From NCBI GenBank assembly GCA_950097015.1, contig CATNEN010000025.1:9486001-9550000 (forward strand): DNA of 64,000 bases, in the 5' to 3' direction. Positions 1 to 41,043 of the stretch are shown one piece after another (position 1 is the stretch's first letter; each line of letters starts with the position of its first letter). The stretch is from Macrostomum hystrix (taxonomy: Eukaryota > Animalia > Platyhelminthes). Made by a program: the position numbers and the translations under genes. The notes under the pieces were generated by a model. The model was not told where the DNA came from and made no database searches. It saw only the letters and a program-made list of their open reading frames with translations.

Positions 1-1302
1 CAAAGCAGGCGGCCCTCAAGGCGCACATCTTTCGCATGCACTCGCTAGAAGGCCAGGAGATGAAATTTCAATGCGAAGTCTGCGAGCGTCGCTTCCGTCT
101 GGAGCCGGAGCTGAGGCGCCACATTAAAGAGATGCACAGCGGCCAGATTGAGTGCGACATCTGCGGCAAAGAGTGCCCGAATCTGCGCTGCTATAGTCAG
201 CATAGGCAGAAGCACTTCCGCACTAAGATCTTTCAGTGCACTGATTGTCAGGCCACCTTCAAGTCCAAGATGGCCATGAAGCGGCATATTCGCGTTGAGC
301 ATCTCAACCTGGGACCTGAGCGCTATGAGTGCCAGATCTGCGGCAAGGTTGGTCTTTTCGCTTTCAGTGCGGACGATCCCCTACATCCCTGTATTGCCTA
401 CTCATTTCTTCCTTATCTTTTCCGTCTCTCTACCTTCACTCCCTGTCTCTCTACCTTCCCTCCCTGTCTCTCTACCTTCCCTCCCTGTCTCTCTACCTTC
501 CCTCCCTGTCTCTCTACCTTCCCTCCCTGTCTCTCTACCTTCCCCCCTGTCTCTCTACCTTCCCTTCCCGTGTCTCTCCCTTCCCTCCATGTATCTCTGC
601 CTAACCTCCCTGTCTCTCTACCTTTCAGTTTCCTATCTCTCACCTTTCCACCTCCTCCATTGTCTCCCCCTTATACCATCTCGAACATACTGGTAATTTT
701 GATCAACTTAAAAAAACTCCCCCAGGTGGTGACCCAGATCGCTATGCACATGCTGACGCATAAGGAGGCCAAGTACGAGTGCGACGTATGCGGCAAGCGC
801 TTCACCAAGTCCACCTATTACAATGAGCACGTGCGCATTCACAAAGGCGAGAAGCCTTTTATGTGCCACCTGTGCGGTCGCCGATTCAACAAAAAGTCCA
901 ATCTTAATGTGCACGTCCGCTTCCACGAGAAGCACCGCGACAAGGACGGCAACTACCTGGAGCTAAAGAATCAGAACCGTGGCACCTATCCCACCATCTT
1001 GGTCCAGTCGCCAGTCCGACGTACCCCGTTGCGACGCCGTGACCGACACGCACGACGACGCCGACGCCCGGGCCATCCTCGGTCTGGAGGCTGGCGCCGC
1101 CTGCGACACCGCCGATCTGGCCGCTTTCGTTGAAGATCCCGCCGGTGCTGCCGCCGCTGCCGGCCTGCGCGTCCTCGTCGCTCGCCGCTCCATTGACGAG
1201 CCCGTGTTCAAGAAACCCAAGATTGAGCCTAAGCACGCCTCGGCTGCCGCCGCCGCTGCCGCGTCCTCCTCCGCCTCCTCATCTAGCGCCGTTACTGACT
1301 AA
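1..1302 (+). CDS. C2H2 zinc-finger protein, 3' part (5' end off window); exons 1-347 and 726-1302 with an apparent +1 frameshift near 1015
   Basis: Six C2H2 fingers plus a partial one (e.g. CEVCERRFRLEPELRRHIKEMH, CDVCGKRFTKSTYYNEHVRIH, GEKPF linker, CHLCGRRFNKKSNLNVHVRFH). Donor AAG|GTTGGT at 348 and acceptor CCCCAG|GTG at 725 join CQICGK to VVTQIAMHMLTH in phase 0. The Ala-rich tail with KKPK (ORF 979-1302) is in another frame. Confidence 0.85.
424..625. repeat. 21-bp minisatellite (CCCTCCCTGTCTCTCTACCTT) in zinc-finger intron
   Basis: Direct tandem copies; translates as PPCLSTF repeats. Confidence 0.9.
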
Positions 1303-3169
1303 TCTAGTTGAAAGTGGCTTTTAATATGAGGAACTAATTTTTTTATTCTTGTTTTCTTCGGAAAGCAATCTTAAAACTGACTTATAACTTTAAAATTTTC
1401 ATCTGACCTTATGGAAATCCCACTGGATTCTTAGAGTCCAAATGTCGAAAGTTTCTTAGAGACCATAAAATCCGAATGGTCCGAACTTGTTCTCACCATA
1501 TCTCAAGCACGTATTTAGCTCCCTATTTCTGTTGGTAAATCACACTTTAGTGTTGCATTATACTAGCAAATTATTGTTTATCATTCTATAGCTTCTGTGG
1601 TTCTTTTAGCTTCTCTAATCTAATTAGTTTATAGTCAAATCTCATTTCTTGTCTGAAATAAAAAAACGTCTTTTTGTGTCGTTATGTGTGTCTAAAATCA
1701 GTTGGTGAAGTCATTATGTGTCCTCACTTAGTCTCTGTTATCCATGTGTAGTTTTTAGTTTATTTTATTTACAACATGCAATTTAATATTAACTATCGAT
1801 TGGAATGCACAGAGTAGCAAAAAGTTGACTCGGCTACATTTTACTTGCAGTAATATATGACGGAAGGGCATATCCATATTGGACTGCTTCTTATATTGTG
1901 CACTTTAAAATAACCGGCTTGTTTTCGAATTCGCTAAATTTCTTATTTATAAGAATGATTAACGTTTTAAAGCATAAACCCGGTCCATTGTGTCTCGAAA
2001 ATCCATTGTGCATCCCATGTGTGACTTTTTTAATGATTTTTTATGAATTCAGTTTATTATCGTTGTCGCACTCATCTCCCGGTTTAACGAATCGCCCAGT
2101 TCAATATTCGGCGATCGAATCGGTGACCTTTTTATCGCTTTTTTATTGTTACTCTGCTAATCTACTAATTGTAGTCTCCCATTTTTAATTGCACCTGCAC
2201 AACTGCCTAATCTGTCTCGGCACCATTTTGTACACTCTGTCGTGCGGTTTGATTCAATTTCTCCTGTTTGAAACCGAAAAGCTAATTCATCTTTTTTGTT
2301 CGACAATATGCTTATGAGGCTACTATTAGTAATTTAAATCATAACCTCACTTGTTTAATTGCTTGACAAAATGTTTCCTTATTGATGTTTTTTATTCTAG
2401 AGATCCGCTTTTAACGCAAAAACTGTTATTGTTAATCGCTTCAAATTCTCCTTAACTAACAGCTAAACTAACTAATTACTACTGCTTATATTACTACTCC
2501 GTTGTCATACGATTTTATCTTTCTTTTTAACACTCCGACTAATTTATTATGCTGATATTTCAAACAAAATTACATTGTTTCTAATTGCAAAATATTGACA
2601 ATAGTTGCGAAAATAATACTGCGAAAAACCCTAATTCAAAAAAATAACCTTCCTTTATTAAATATTCACCGTATCAAGTCGCTTTCCCCAATTTTGTGTC
2701 TCTATATTGTCTGTGACTCAATGTTACCATTTATTTAAACTATTATAGTTGCAAGCCGCTTGTAGCTACTACAGTTAGTCGCTTATTTCATATATATTTA
2801 ATTATAGCGTCGTAATTGTCTCTAAAGCATTCAATCTTATGTTGAAATTTCAAAAATTGGCAATAAAAAATTTTGCTTTTTATCCGAAAACTGCGTTTTT
2901 CAACTATGGTTTGTTAACCGAAGCACTATATGGCTCAGCTTTTCTGGTTTTCCGAATGTACTTTAAGGGCTCGTTTGCAGAAAAAAAGAAATAATCATGA
3001 AACGAATAAAAATTGCACGCGGCAGTTCCTGTCGCACTCTGTTGAAAATTAATTATTTTGTTCGTCGTCAGCGTTAATTACTATAATAGGCAAATCAATT
3101 ATTGACTGTCTTCTAATTCTCTTTTTTCCTACTTCAGGCGAGAGATTAATTGCTATTATATAAGAGAAA

Positions 3170-3567
3170 GAAAGAATGGCAGTGTGTGGGTAGAGAGAAT
3201 GACAATGTGGGTAGAGAGAATGGCAGTGTGTGGGTAGAGAGAATGACAATGTGCGTAGAGAGAATGGCAGTGTGTGGGTAGAGAGAATGACAATGTGGGT
3301 AGAGAGAATGACAGTGTGTGGGTAGAGAGAATGGCAGTGTGTGGGTAGAGAGAATGGCAGTGTGTGCGTAGAGAGAATGGCAGTGTGTGGGTAGAGAGAA
3401 TGGCAGTGTGTGCGTAGAGAGAATGGCAGTGTGTGTGTAGAGAGAATGGCAGTGTGTGGGTAGAGAGAATGGCAGTGTGTGGGTAGAGAGAATGGCAGTG
3501 TGTGGGTAGAGAGAATGGCAGTGTGTGTGTAGAGAGAATGGCAGTGTGTTGGTAGAGAGAATGGCAG
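3170..3567. repeat. 23-bp minisatellite (GTAGAGAGAATGGCAGTGTGTGG), with 21-bp variants
   Basis: About 17 tandem copies between the convergent zinc-finger and kinase genes. Confidence 0.9.
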
Positions 3568-4159
3568 ATGTTGGGGAGATAATGACTTTCAAACTAATGC
3601 TATACTTATGCTTTTATTGATGGAAAAATTATTAAGCATATTATGAATCTTACATTTATTTATTAGCTTTTATTACTTACTAGAAGTATTATGCTGTGTA
3701 AAGTTCAGTAGACAGAGCTTGCGGGCCGCAAAAATACACAAAATGCACTGACTGAAGCAGGACAAACGCGCGCACAGCTGACTTAAAAGTTGGCAATCAC
3801 TGAATATACTCGTACATCGCAATTGTAACACAGGTGTGTACTTAATACATGACAGACTCAAATTTTGTGGAGAAAGCAGATAACTTCAGAATAAAAAAAC
3901 GCATTTTTCGAATTTTTCTGGAGAAAATTTCTCTTTGTAATTCAATTACTGGAATATGATGTCGCAAGTCACAGTTTCCGGTCGTTTGATAATTCGTTTG
4001 TCACGCTTGTCTCGATGGCGACTGAAACGTTAATGCGATTCGCTTTTATGACTTTTTTGAGTAAGACTTTTTTATCGAGTGGGAGTATAGAATAAAGCGG
4101 AGTTTCTAAGAAGTATATGATGGATCTTTGGAAATCTAGCACAAGGCTGTGAGAATCTT

Positions 4160-4372
4160 AGAGAGATTTGATGGAGAATCTGGGAGAGATTTGATGGAGA
4201 ATCTGGGAGAGATTTGATGGAGAATCTGGGAGAGATTTGATGGAGAAACTGGGAGCGATTTGATGGAGAATCTGGGAGAGATTTGAATGAGAATCTGGGA
4301 GAGATTTGATGGAGAATCTGGGAGCGATTTGATGGAGAATCGGAGAAATTTGATGGAGAATCTGGGAGGTTT
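4160..4372. repeat. 23-bp minisatellite (GAGAGATTTGATGGAGAATCTGG) immediately 3' of the kinase stop
   Basis: About 9 tandem copies. Confidence 0.9.
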
Positions 4373-4384
4373 TTTGAGGAAGAA

Positions 4385-32556
<28,172 letters not shown>

Positions 32557-33089
32557 GTTAATTAAACTTATTATTCGACGCTAAAATACTCAGAATATAT
32601 TCGCTCCTCTAATTCACATCGGAAATCCTTTGTCAAGATAGAGTAAATTATTGCTTAAGTAGGGTGAGCACACTCGCACTCACTCATGCAGCCAAACCCG
32701 AACTCTCTTTCCAGTCAGTCAGTCAGTCAGCCTGCTTCTGTTCTTCGCTTTGGCTGAAAACGGTGGCAAGTTGGTGTAACTGGTTGCGGCTTCTCTGCGA
32801 CTGGAAAGATTTTTCTTCGCGGCGTAGCTGGCGCAATATGCGGCTTGATTTTATAGCGACAAAACTATTGGGAAGAGGGAGACAGACAGACAGACAGACA
32901 GAGAGAGAGTGGAAGAAATTTTAGAGTTGCGCTGAGCGGTCCGCGTTATACCTGGTCCAAGTTTGCGGGTTTAAGAGGGCCGGGGTTGTGGGACTATGGT
33001 AACGAAGCTCCGTCAGACTTTGGGACGAGAGGGGTGTGCTCCAGCTGCTGCGGTTTGTCCATAGGCTGGGCCTTGTAATATAAATATTT

Positions 33090-33250
33090 TAAGCCCAACG
33101 CCGACCAATGTTGGTTGGCTCTGGTGCCGACTACCTCCCTCCGCCAAGGCAGCTCGTCTGTGCCCGGGGGAGCCGGGCTTGACCTCCCACAGGCTCTACA
33201 GCCAATGAGAAGCTGCAGCCGCGCAGTCTGCGATTTTGGTCAATGACGAA
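33090..33250. promoter_or_regulatory. Possible promoter region of the kinase (GC-rich, CCAAT motifs)
   Basis: CCAAT at 33105 and 33202 within a GC-rich patch 550-700 bp upstream of the ATG. Inference only. Confidence 0.3.
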
Positions 33251-33417
33251 ATGCGTCGTCTGAGATCGAATTTTTAGAACAAGAGCAGCCTATTTGACTA
33301 TTTGTCTTATGTACTACTAAGTAGTATAGTGGTCCCCTGACCATGGCCCACAGTGCAAATCTAGCGTAGAACAAAGCATCACTGAATGCAACTGCTGAGC
33401 AAAATTAAAGTATTATC

Positions 33418-33510
33418 AGCACATGATCCTGTCAGCACATGATCCTGTCAGCACATGATCCTGTCAGCACATTATCCTGTCAGCCCATTATCATGTCAAC
33501 ACATTATCCT
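33418..33510. repeat. 16-bp tandem repeat (CAGCACATGATCCTGT)
   Basis: 4-5 copies. Confidence 0.75.
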
Positions 33511-33649
33511 ATCATACGAGCGTATCATCCTATCAATCTATCATCATATCGATTTCGTCATTAAAGCGATAAAGAGATATTAATTGATCATGAACACGGA
33601 TTGTGAAATTATTTTTCTGAATAATCCCATCAAGCAATTTACCTATCTG

Positions 33650-34093
33650 GTAATTATCCCATCTGGTTATTATCCCATCGGGCAATTATCCCATCAGGCA
33701 GTTATCCCATCAGGCAATTATCCCATCAGGCAACTATCCCATCAGGCAATTATCCCATCAGGCAATTATCCCATCAGGCAACTATCCCATCTGGTTATTA
33801 TCCCATCGGGCAATTATCCCATCAGGCAGTTATCCCATCAGGCAATTATCCCATCAGGCAACTATCCCATCAGGCAATTATCCCATCAGGCAATTATCCC
33901 ATCAGGCAATTATCCCATCAGGCAACTATCCCATCAGGCAATTATCCCATCAGGCAATTATCCCATCAGGCAATTATCCCATCAGGCAACTATCCCATCA
34001 GGCAACTATCCCATCAGGCAATTATCCAATCAGGCAGTTTTCCCATCTGGTTATTATTCCATCGGGCAATTATCCCATCAGGCAGTTATCCCT
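33650..34093. repeat. 16-bp minisatellite (ATTATCCCATCAGGCA)
   Basis: About 27 copies. Confidence 0.92.
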
Positions 34094-34479
34094 TAATGAC
34101 ACTACTACTGACTCTATGGTCATGGAGTGGATTTTCTTTGGAGTAATTTGTTTGATGAATTGGTACTCAGTAAATCTATGTCATTAATATAGTAGATGTA
34201 GTATATACTCGTATGTAGTATATTTCGCAAATTTGCAATCATTGGAAAAGCAGTAAAAATTGGAATATAGATTTACCCAGAATATCGATCAATAATTTTA
34301 TCAAAATTAAGCTCGCTTATTGCACTGAGCAGTTAAAAGCTACGTTACGAGTAAATAGCCTACAAAAATAGATATAGAAATTGCATCGCCATAATCTGAT
34401 GTGGGAACAGAAAAGCGAAATGAAAAGCCATTTAAAAATAAGCAGCAGATTATACGAAGATAATATAAATAAAAAATCC

Positions 34480-35905
34480 ATCATAATGTCAATCCATCAT
34501 CCTGACAATCAATCATCCTGTCAATCCATCATCCTGTCAATCCATCATCCTGTCAATTAATCATCCTGTCAATCCATCATCCTATCAATCCATCATCCTG
34601 TCAATCCATCATCCTGTCAATCCATCATCCTGTCAATCCATCATTCTATCAATCCATCATCCTATCAATCTATCATCCTGTCAATCCATCATCCTGTCAA
34701 TCCATCATCCCATCAATCCATCATCCTGTCACTCCATAATGCAGATAATCCATAATCCAGTCAATCGATCATCCTGTCATTTCACCATCCTGTCAATCCA
34801 TCATCCTGTCAATCCAGTCAATCCATCATCCTGTCAATCCATCATCCTGACAATCAATCATCCTGTCAATCCATCATCCTGTCAATCGATCATCCTGTCA
34901 TTTCACCATCCTGTCAATCCATCATCCTGTCAATCCAGTCAATCCATCATCCTGTCAATCCATCATCCTGTCAATCCATCATCCTGTCAATCCATCATCC
35001 TGTCTATCAATCATCATGTCAATCCATCATCCTGTCAATCCAGTCAACCCATCATCCCGTCAATCCATCATCCTGTCAATCAATCATGCAATCAATCAAT
35101 CATCCTGTCAATCAATAATCATGTCAACCCATTATCCTGTCAATCAATCATCATGTCAACCCATCATCCTGTCTATCAATCATCATGTCAATCCATCATC
35201 CTGTCAATCCAGTCAATCCATCATCCTGTCAATTAATCATCCTGTCAATCCATCATCCTATCAATCCATCATCCTGTCAATCCATCATCCTGTCAATCCA
35301 TCATCCTATCAATCCATCATCCTATCAATCCATCATAATGTCAATCCATCATCCTGACAATCAATCATCCTGTCAATCCATCATCCTGTCAATCGATCAT
35401 CCTGTCATTTCACCATCCTGTCAATCCATCATCCTGTCAATCCAGTCAATCCATCATCCTGTCAATCCATCATCCTGTCAATCCATCATCCTGTCAATCC
35501 ATCATCCTGTCAATCAATCATCATGTCAACCCATCATCCTGTCTATCAATCATCATATCAATCCATCATCCTGTCAATCCAGTCAATCCATCATCCTGTC
35601 AATCAATAATCCTATCAACCCATCATCCCGTCAATCCATCATCCTGTCAACCAATCATCATGTCAACCCATCATCCTGTCAATCAATCATCATGTCAACC
35701 CATCATCCTGTCTATCAATCATCATGTCAATCCATCATCCTGTCAATCCAGTCAATCCATCATCCTGTCAATCAATAATCCTGTCAACCCATCATCCCGT
35801 CAATCCATCATCCTGTCAATCAATCATGCAATCAATCAATCATCCTGTCAATCCATCATCCTGTCAGCCCATCATCCTGTCTATCAATCATCCTGTCAAT
35901 CTGTC
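34480..35905. repeat. 16-bp-based minisatellite (TCAATCCATCATCCTG)
   Basis: About 1.4 kb of variant units, ending beside the GNAT stop codon. Confidence 0.92.
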
Positions 35906-35917
35906 AGCTCGTAGCCA

Positions 35918-37625
35918 TCAGTCGACTCTCTTTGCGTAGAGCACGATCTCGCGCAGCACTGCCGGATCGAGACCTGCGAACGGTCGCGCAACGTCGGCCG
36001 GGTCGACGTACTCGGCCAGCACGACGGTGTTCAGCCGGTCGAAGCCGAGGCCCTCGAAGATTCGACCAGCGTGACGGTGAGCAGCGGTGACGTTGACTAC
36101 GGGAACACCGCGGAGCTTGGCCAGCTCCAGCGAGCACTCAATTAGCCGCTTGGCGATGTTTCGACTTCGCATCGCCTCCGCCACCACCAGGTACTTGAAG
36201 TCGATGACTGTGTCCACCCCATAGTGGCTGTAGAGGTCGACTGGCGATGTCAGGTGGTCCAGGACACGGTACACAGCAGCATCCTTTGGATATCTGATTT
36301 CAGTTGGTTTGATCCGTTGTTTCATCGGTTTCTGACGCTTTTTCATCTTACAAAGACATGCAACTTTTGGACCTCAATGTCATTTGCCTCTATCTAAAGC
36401 GTATTGGACGGCTACGAGTCTTCAGTCTTTCGAAATACCAAGCTCGATTCTGACAGTTCGGTACCAACGAGTTCGGTTCTGACAATTAGGTACCAACGAG
36501 TTCGGTTCTGACAGTTTGGTACAAACGAGTTCAGTTCTGACAATTAGGTACCAACGAGTTCGGTTCTAACAGTTTGGTTCAAACGAGTTCATTTCTGACA
36601 GTTTGGTACCAACGAGTTCAGTTCCGACAGTTTGGTACCAACGAGTTCAGTTCTGACAGTTTGGTGCCAACGAGTTCAGTTCCGACAGTTTGGTACCAAC
36701 GAGTTCATTTCTGACAGTTTGGTACCAACGAGTTCATTTCTGACAGTTTGGTACCAACGAGTTCATTGCTGACAGTTTGGTACCAACGAGTTCATTTCTG
36801 ACAGTTTGGTGCCAACGAGTTCAGTTCTGACAGTTTGGTGCCAACGAGTTCAGTTCCGACAGTTTGGTACCAACGAGTTCATTTCTGACAGTTTGGTACC
36901 AATGAGTTCATTTCTGACAGTTTGGTGCCAACGAGTTTGTAAAAAGAATGCGTATAGTTATGGTTTTGTTACCCGACACCCCGACACGAGTCGTTGAATA
37001 TCTCGACGATGCCGATGTTTTAGGATTGTGGAAGTTTTTTATATCGGAGAGAGTGGATATTTTTGCCTTGAGTTTCTGAAGTTTTATCGCGATTGGTTAA
37101 ATATTTTAAGCAATACAGACGAAAGAAAAATGCAGGTGTTTGAATCTCCCATGGTCTTTCTACTGTTAAGTAGTTAAGACAAAAGTTCAGTGGCAGGCAG
37201 TTCGCATGCATGCATTCAAGAGAAAAAGTACTCATTATAGACTGGTTTATCCCAAAATGTCTCAGCGATTCCCCGAGTGCTCAGAGTGCTCACCTGGCCG
37301 CTTGCTGTGGGTCCACAACCAGCGGGTGCCTCTTAGAGCACTGTTTCGGTACCAGACTAGAGACGCGAGCTCCCACCATGGCATTGTTGGAAGCCGGATC
37401 CTCCACAACCAGAGTCACACCCTGCTCTAGCAGCCCAGGTGACAAAGCGTACTCAACGGCCAAGTCTTCAGCATTGACGCCGCCAATGTGCTGATTTAGC
37501 GGCGTCTTAGGAAAGAAATCCTGCAGCATCAGCGACCAGATGGCGTCACGATCTTCGGGCAGAGCCACCCGATAGCGGAGGCCGTCGATGATCCGCTCAT
37601 ACGACCCGGCTTGACCGTTGCTCAT
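35918..37625 (-). CDS. GNAT acetyltransferase, insect arylalkylamine/dopamine N-acetyltransferase-like, about 235 aa; join(37294-37625,35918-36293)
   Basis: YRVALPEDRDAIWSLMLQDFFPKTPLN (cf. insect FFxDEPLN), GVTLVVED...VGARV, LVVAEAMRSRNIAKRLIECSLELAK (acetyl-CoA motif A), GRIFEGLGF. AG|GTGAGC donor and ATCAG|A acceptor agree in phase 2. Confidence 0.85.
36450..36935. repeat. 29-bp minisatellite (GACAGTTTGGTACCAACGAGTTCAGTTCT)
   Basis: About 16 copies in the GNAT intron. Confidence 0.93.
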
Positions 37626-38694
37626 GCTGATGGACTTTAGTAATTCTGTTTCTTCGAACTTGTTGCCTAACAATTACGTCTCTCTTCAAATGCGCACGCC
37701 CGCTACAATATTCACTAAATGAAACTTTTATCTTGAAAATATGTAAAGAGAGAATTCGAATGTGTCAGAGACAGAGAAAGAAAGAGACAGCTAAGTGAAC
37801 AGTCGAATGCGAGACTGAAATAAACGGACGAGATTTTGGCGTTCGTTCATTCGTGAATTGGTGGCGCACGGACGGGCTCGCTTTGCTCCAGCTCTGCTTA
37901 TAAAAGGCCGGGCCAGCTATCTATGCAGTGTATCAGCCTTCCGTCACCGCTAACAGCAACCCCGCGCCGGCCTTACCCCGAGGGTGCGGAATTAGGGTCA
38001 TAAGGCGGCGGAGAGGGAGAGACAAGTGAAGTCAGACACTCTAGTGCGCGCTGGAGGCCCTGGACAGATCGCGCGATCATCGAGGCGAGAGGAAGAGAGA
38101 ATGAGGGATTGAGGGGAACGCGGCGGCGCCGTCATGCCCTGGACCGGAGGGCATGGACGCAGTCTAGGCACAGGAAAGGAATCGATTATCTTTCTGTAGA
38201 AACTTTCCGTGAGTCGCGTGCTAATCCTAATCCTTGCCTTCCTGTACTCCTCGTCCTTACAGTCGCCATTTAATGCCACTGCTCCCAAATCTCCTCCCAC
38301 AAACCCACAGCCCCTCCCCAGACAGCAAATCCCTGCCATGCAGCTGCTAATCATTCATTTCCTGACCAATCGGATGATCTCCATTAACTTACTCTACCCT
38401 GAGACTTCTATGTCCCTGAGTCGATCCTAAAGTACTCCGCCTCAAATTATTCCAGGGCAGCTAAACCTGGGAGCTTTACAATGAGGATTTATAAAAATTA
38501 TACGCTTACAATTTTGTATGAGATCTGGTATGCGTAGTGGATGTTAAGAAACAAAGGGAAGAACATGTTGGCTATTGGATTACCAAGTTGGTTCTAAAAG
38601 CCTTCTTGACATGCGCATTTTAAAGGCATGCAGCGCGAGCTCTAGGCTTTCAGTTGAATTAAGGTCATACAAGAAGAGGTTGTAGCCTATAGAA

Positions 38695-39008
38695 GAGGTT
38701 TTAGCCTGGTGGTTAGGGCGTCGGACTCACGACTTAAAGGTCGATTCGATTCCCGACTCCACTGGAACAATTCGTGCCCTTTAGCAAGACACTTAACTGA
38801 TCTGCATTGCTTCAGTTCACCCAACTGTTAAATGGGTACCAGCATCAGCTGGGATAATTGAAGGTGGGTGTGGCGTCCCCCAGTCCATGGACTGAACAGC
38901 TGTACGCAGCCTTCAGATGCGCCGCGCATTTGCTGCGGCTGTGCTGTCGGCTGCACATCTGACCCAATTGGGGCAGGTGTAATCAATTATTAATTATTAT
39001 TATTATTA
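38695..39008 (+). mobile_element. tRNA-derived CORE-type SINE, near full length
   Basis: A-box-like TAGCCTGGTGG and B-box GATTCGATTCC; CORE-like GTGCCCTTTAGCAAGACACTTAAC...CTTCAGTTCACCCAACTGTTAAATGGG; (ATT)n tail. Confidence 0.8.
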
Positions 39009-39829
39009 GGTAGATTCATAGGTAGGTAGATTCATAAGTAGGTAGATTCCTATTCAGGTGAATTCTCTAGTTTAACGTCCTCTTAGCAACTAAATGCCCC
39101 TTATGGTAATAAAAAATCTGGTGCTATTTTTGTAGCACTGGCTACTCACAGTGTTATATAGTGAGTTTTGGTTGAGAATACGAAGTTAATTTGCAAATAA
39201 CGGCTTGTACGGATTACATACATGTATTGATGAAACTGAAAGCATCTAAAAGACAGGGGCGCTCTTCTATTTTCAAAATGGCCTTTGGGTACAAACGCAC
39301 TGTGGACTCGATGCGGATTCGAACCTCGGACTCTGGGCGCCCCACTCCCAGTTGTTATCCGTAGGTCTAAAATTCAGAATCGGCAGCCTGTCTAAATATT
39401 GCATTAACAGGCCCTGGAATTTCACTTCTTCTAAGTCTCTGTTTTATTATATTTTCTTCTCTATCGAATCGGAAGAAAGGCATTGTTGCCCGGGTCTCCA
39501 GGGAGGTGATTTATTCTTCCCTAGCTCTTTCTTCTGATCCGATTAGCATGTTGTAGGAGCGTTGCTGACGTTTAGCATGCAGCTTTCTAAACAGTCGGTC
39601 GGTTTAGTAGCAATGCCTGTGACTTCGAATCGGATGATCGATTGAGGGCAGGAGGTGGGGAATGGGCCTCGAGCTATTGATTTTATCGGCGACTCTTGGA
39701 AGGAGGGGCCAGATATTTTGCTAAAATTAAATTTTGTTTCTCGTGTCAAATTGTCTAGATTGCCTGCTGCAGAAGCCCACATGGTATACTCACCCCATGT
39801 CTCTCAGAAAACATAAACACCCACCACTG

Positions 39830-40135
39830 TGCCTCAGTCGATCGATAATTAACACACCCTGCCCCTCAGTCGATCGATAATTAACACACCCTGCCCCTCA
39901 GTGGATCGATAATTAACACACCCTGCACCTCAGTGGATCGATAATTAACACACCCTGCCCCTCAGTGGATCGATAATTAACACACCCTGCCCCTCAGTGG
40001 ATCGATAATTAACACACCCTGCACCTCAGTGGATCGATAATTAACACACCCTGCCCCTCAGTGGATCGATAATTAACACACCCTGCCCCTCAGTGGATCG
40101 ATAATTAACACACCCTGCCCCTCAGTGGATCGAAA
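39830..40135. repeat. 31-bp minisatellite (CCTCAGTGGATCGATAATTAACACACCCTGC)
   Basis: 9-10 copies. Confidence 0.93.
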
Positions 40136-41043
40136 ATTATTATATTAAGTCCAGCAAACCCTTATAGAGCCCCCGACCCGATTTCACTTGTGATAGTACT
40201 CCACGCCTCTGCAGCGGATTGGCTATTGCAGATAACACATGGAATAATGGGATGGTTTATTGGAATAAGAGCGTTCTTTTACAAATCAGTTCAAAACAAA
40301 AATGCTTCCCTGAAGTGAATTTATGCTCGCCTTTCGTAATGTTAACTTGCGGCAAGTTTAAATAACTATAATTCGCCGACACTTTTGTTACTAAGCTTTT
40401 TAATCGCACGAATTGTAATTAGCATAAGTTGAACGATCGAACGACAGCTATATAAAACCCATTTTTATGATGTAACGATGACCACCGACCATTATTATTA
40501 TATTTATTATTAATGACAATGTAACGATGAGATCTCAGCCTGATTGACATATTTTTGGCTTATCCGAACATGCATGGGATGGGACCCGCCTAATAAGCCG
40601 CCTAACACGCCTAATTTGGATGAATGTCTATGTCTAGTTAAAAAAATAATAAGTTATTGACATATAACCAAGTGTGCGTAAACGTCTCAAGCTCGTGTAT
40701 AGTTTATGGCCCAAAGGCCATCAAAGAAATAGATTGAAGTGTGCAGTAAATTCCGCAACTGTGCGGTAAATGTGCGGCTACTTGATCTCCGTGCCATCCC
40801 TCTTCTGAGCTACTATGCAGTAAATCCCAGACGGGTATTGTCTATGGGCCGAAGGAGCTGGTCTTGCGCACACACACTTGGTCATAAATCAATGCACTTA
40901 TGCTAGGCTTCCTAGTGCGCAAATCTACCATTGCTTGAATGCTTGTGGCACTTGCGCAATGTGCAAATGCAATTGTGCATTCTTGAACTTCATGTAATTG
41001 TAATGTATTATACAGTATGTAAAGATTGTTAAACATATAAACT

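Noticed and set aside
37899-37906. TATAAAAG as the GNAT promoter
   Set aside because: The best match points away from the minus-strand gene and there is no downstream plus-strand gene; unresolved.
38695-38770. tRNA genes at the SINE heads (also 28005, 39300-39360, 52330, 57380-57430)
   Set aside because: A/B boxes are present but there is no complete cloverleaf, and the sequence continues into the shared SINE body or is fragmentary.
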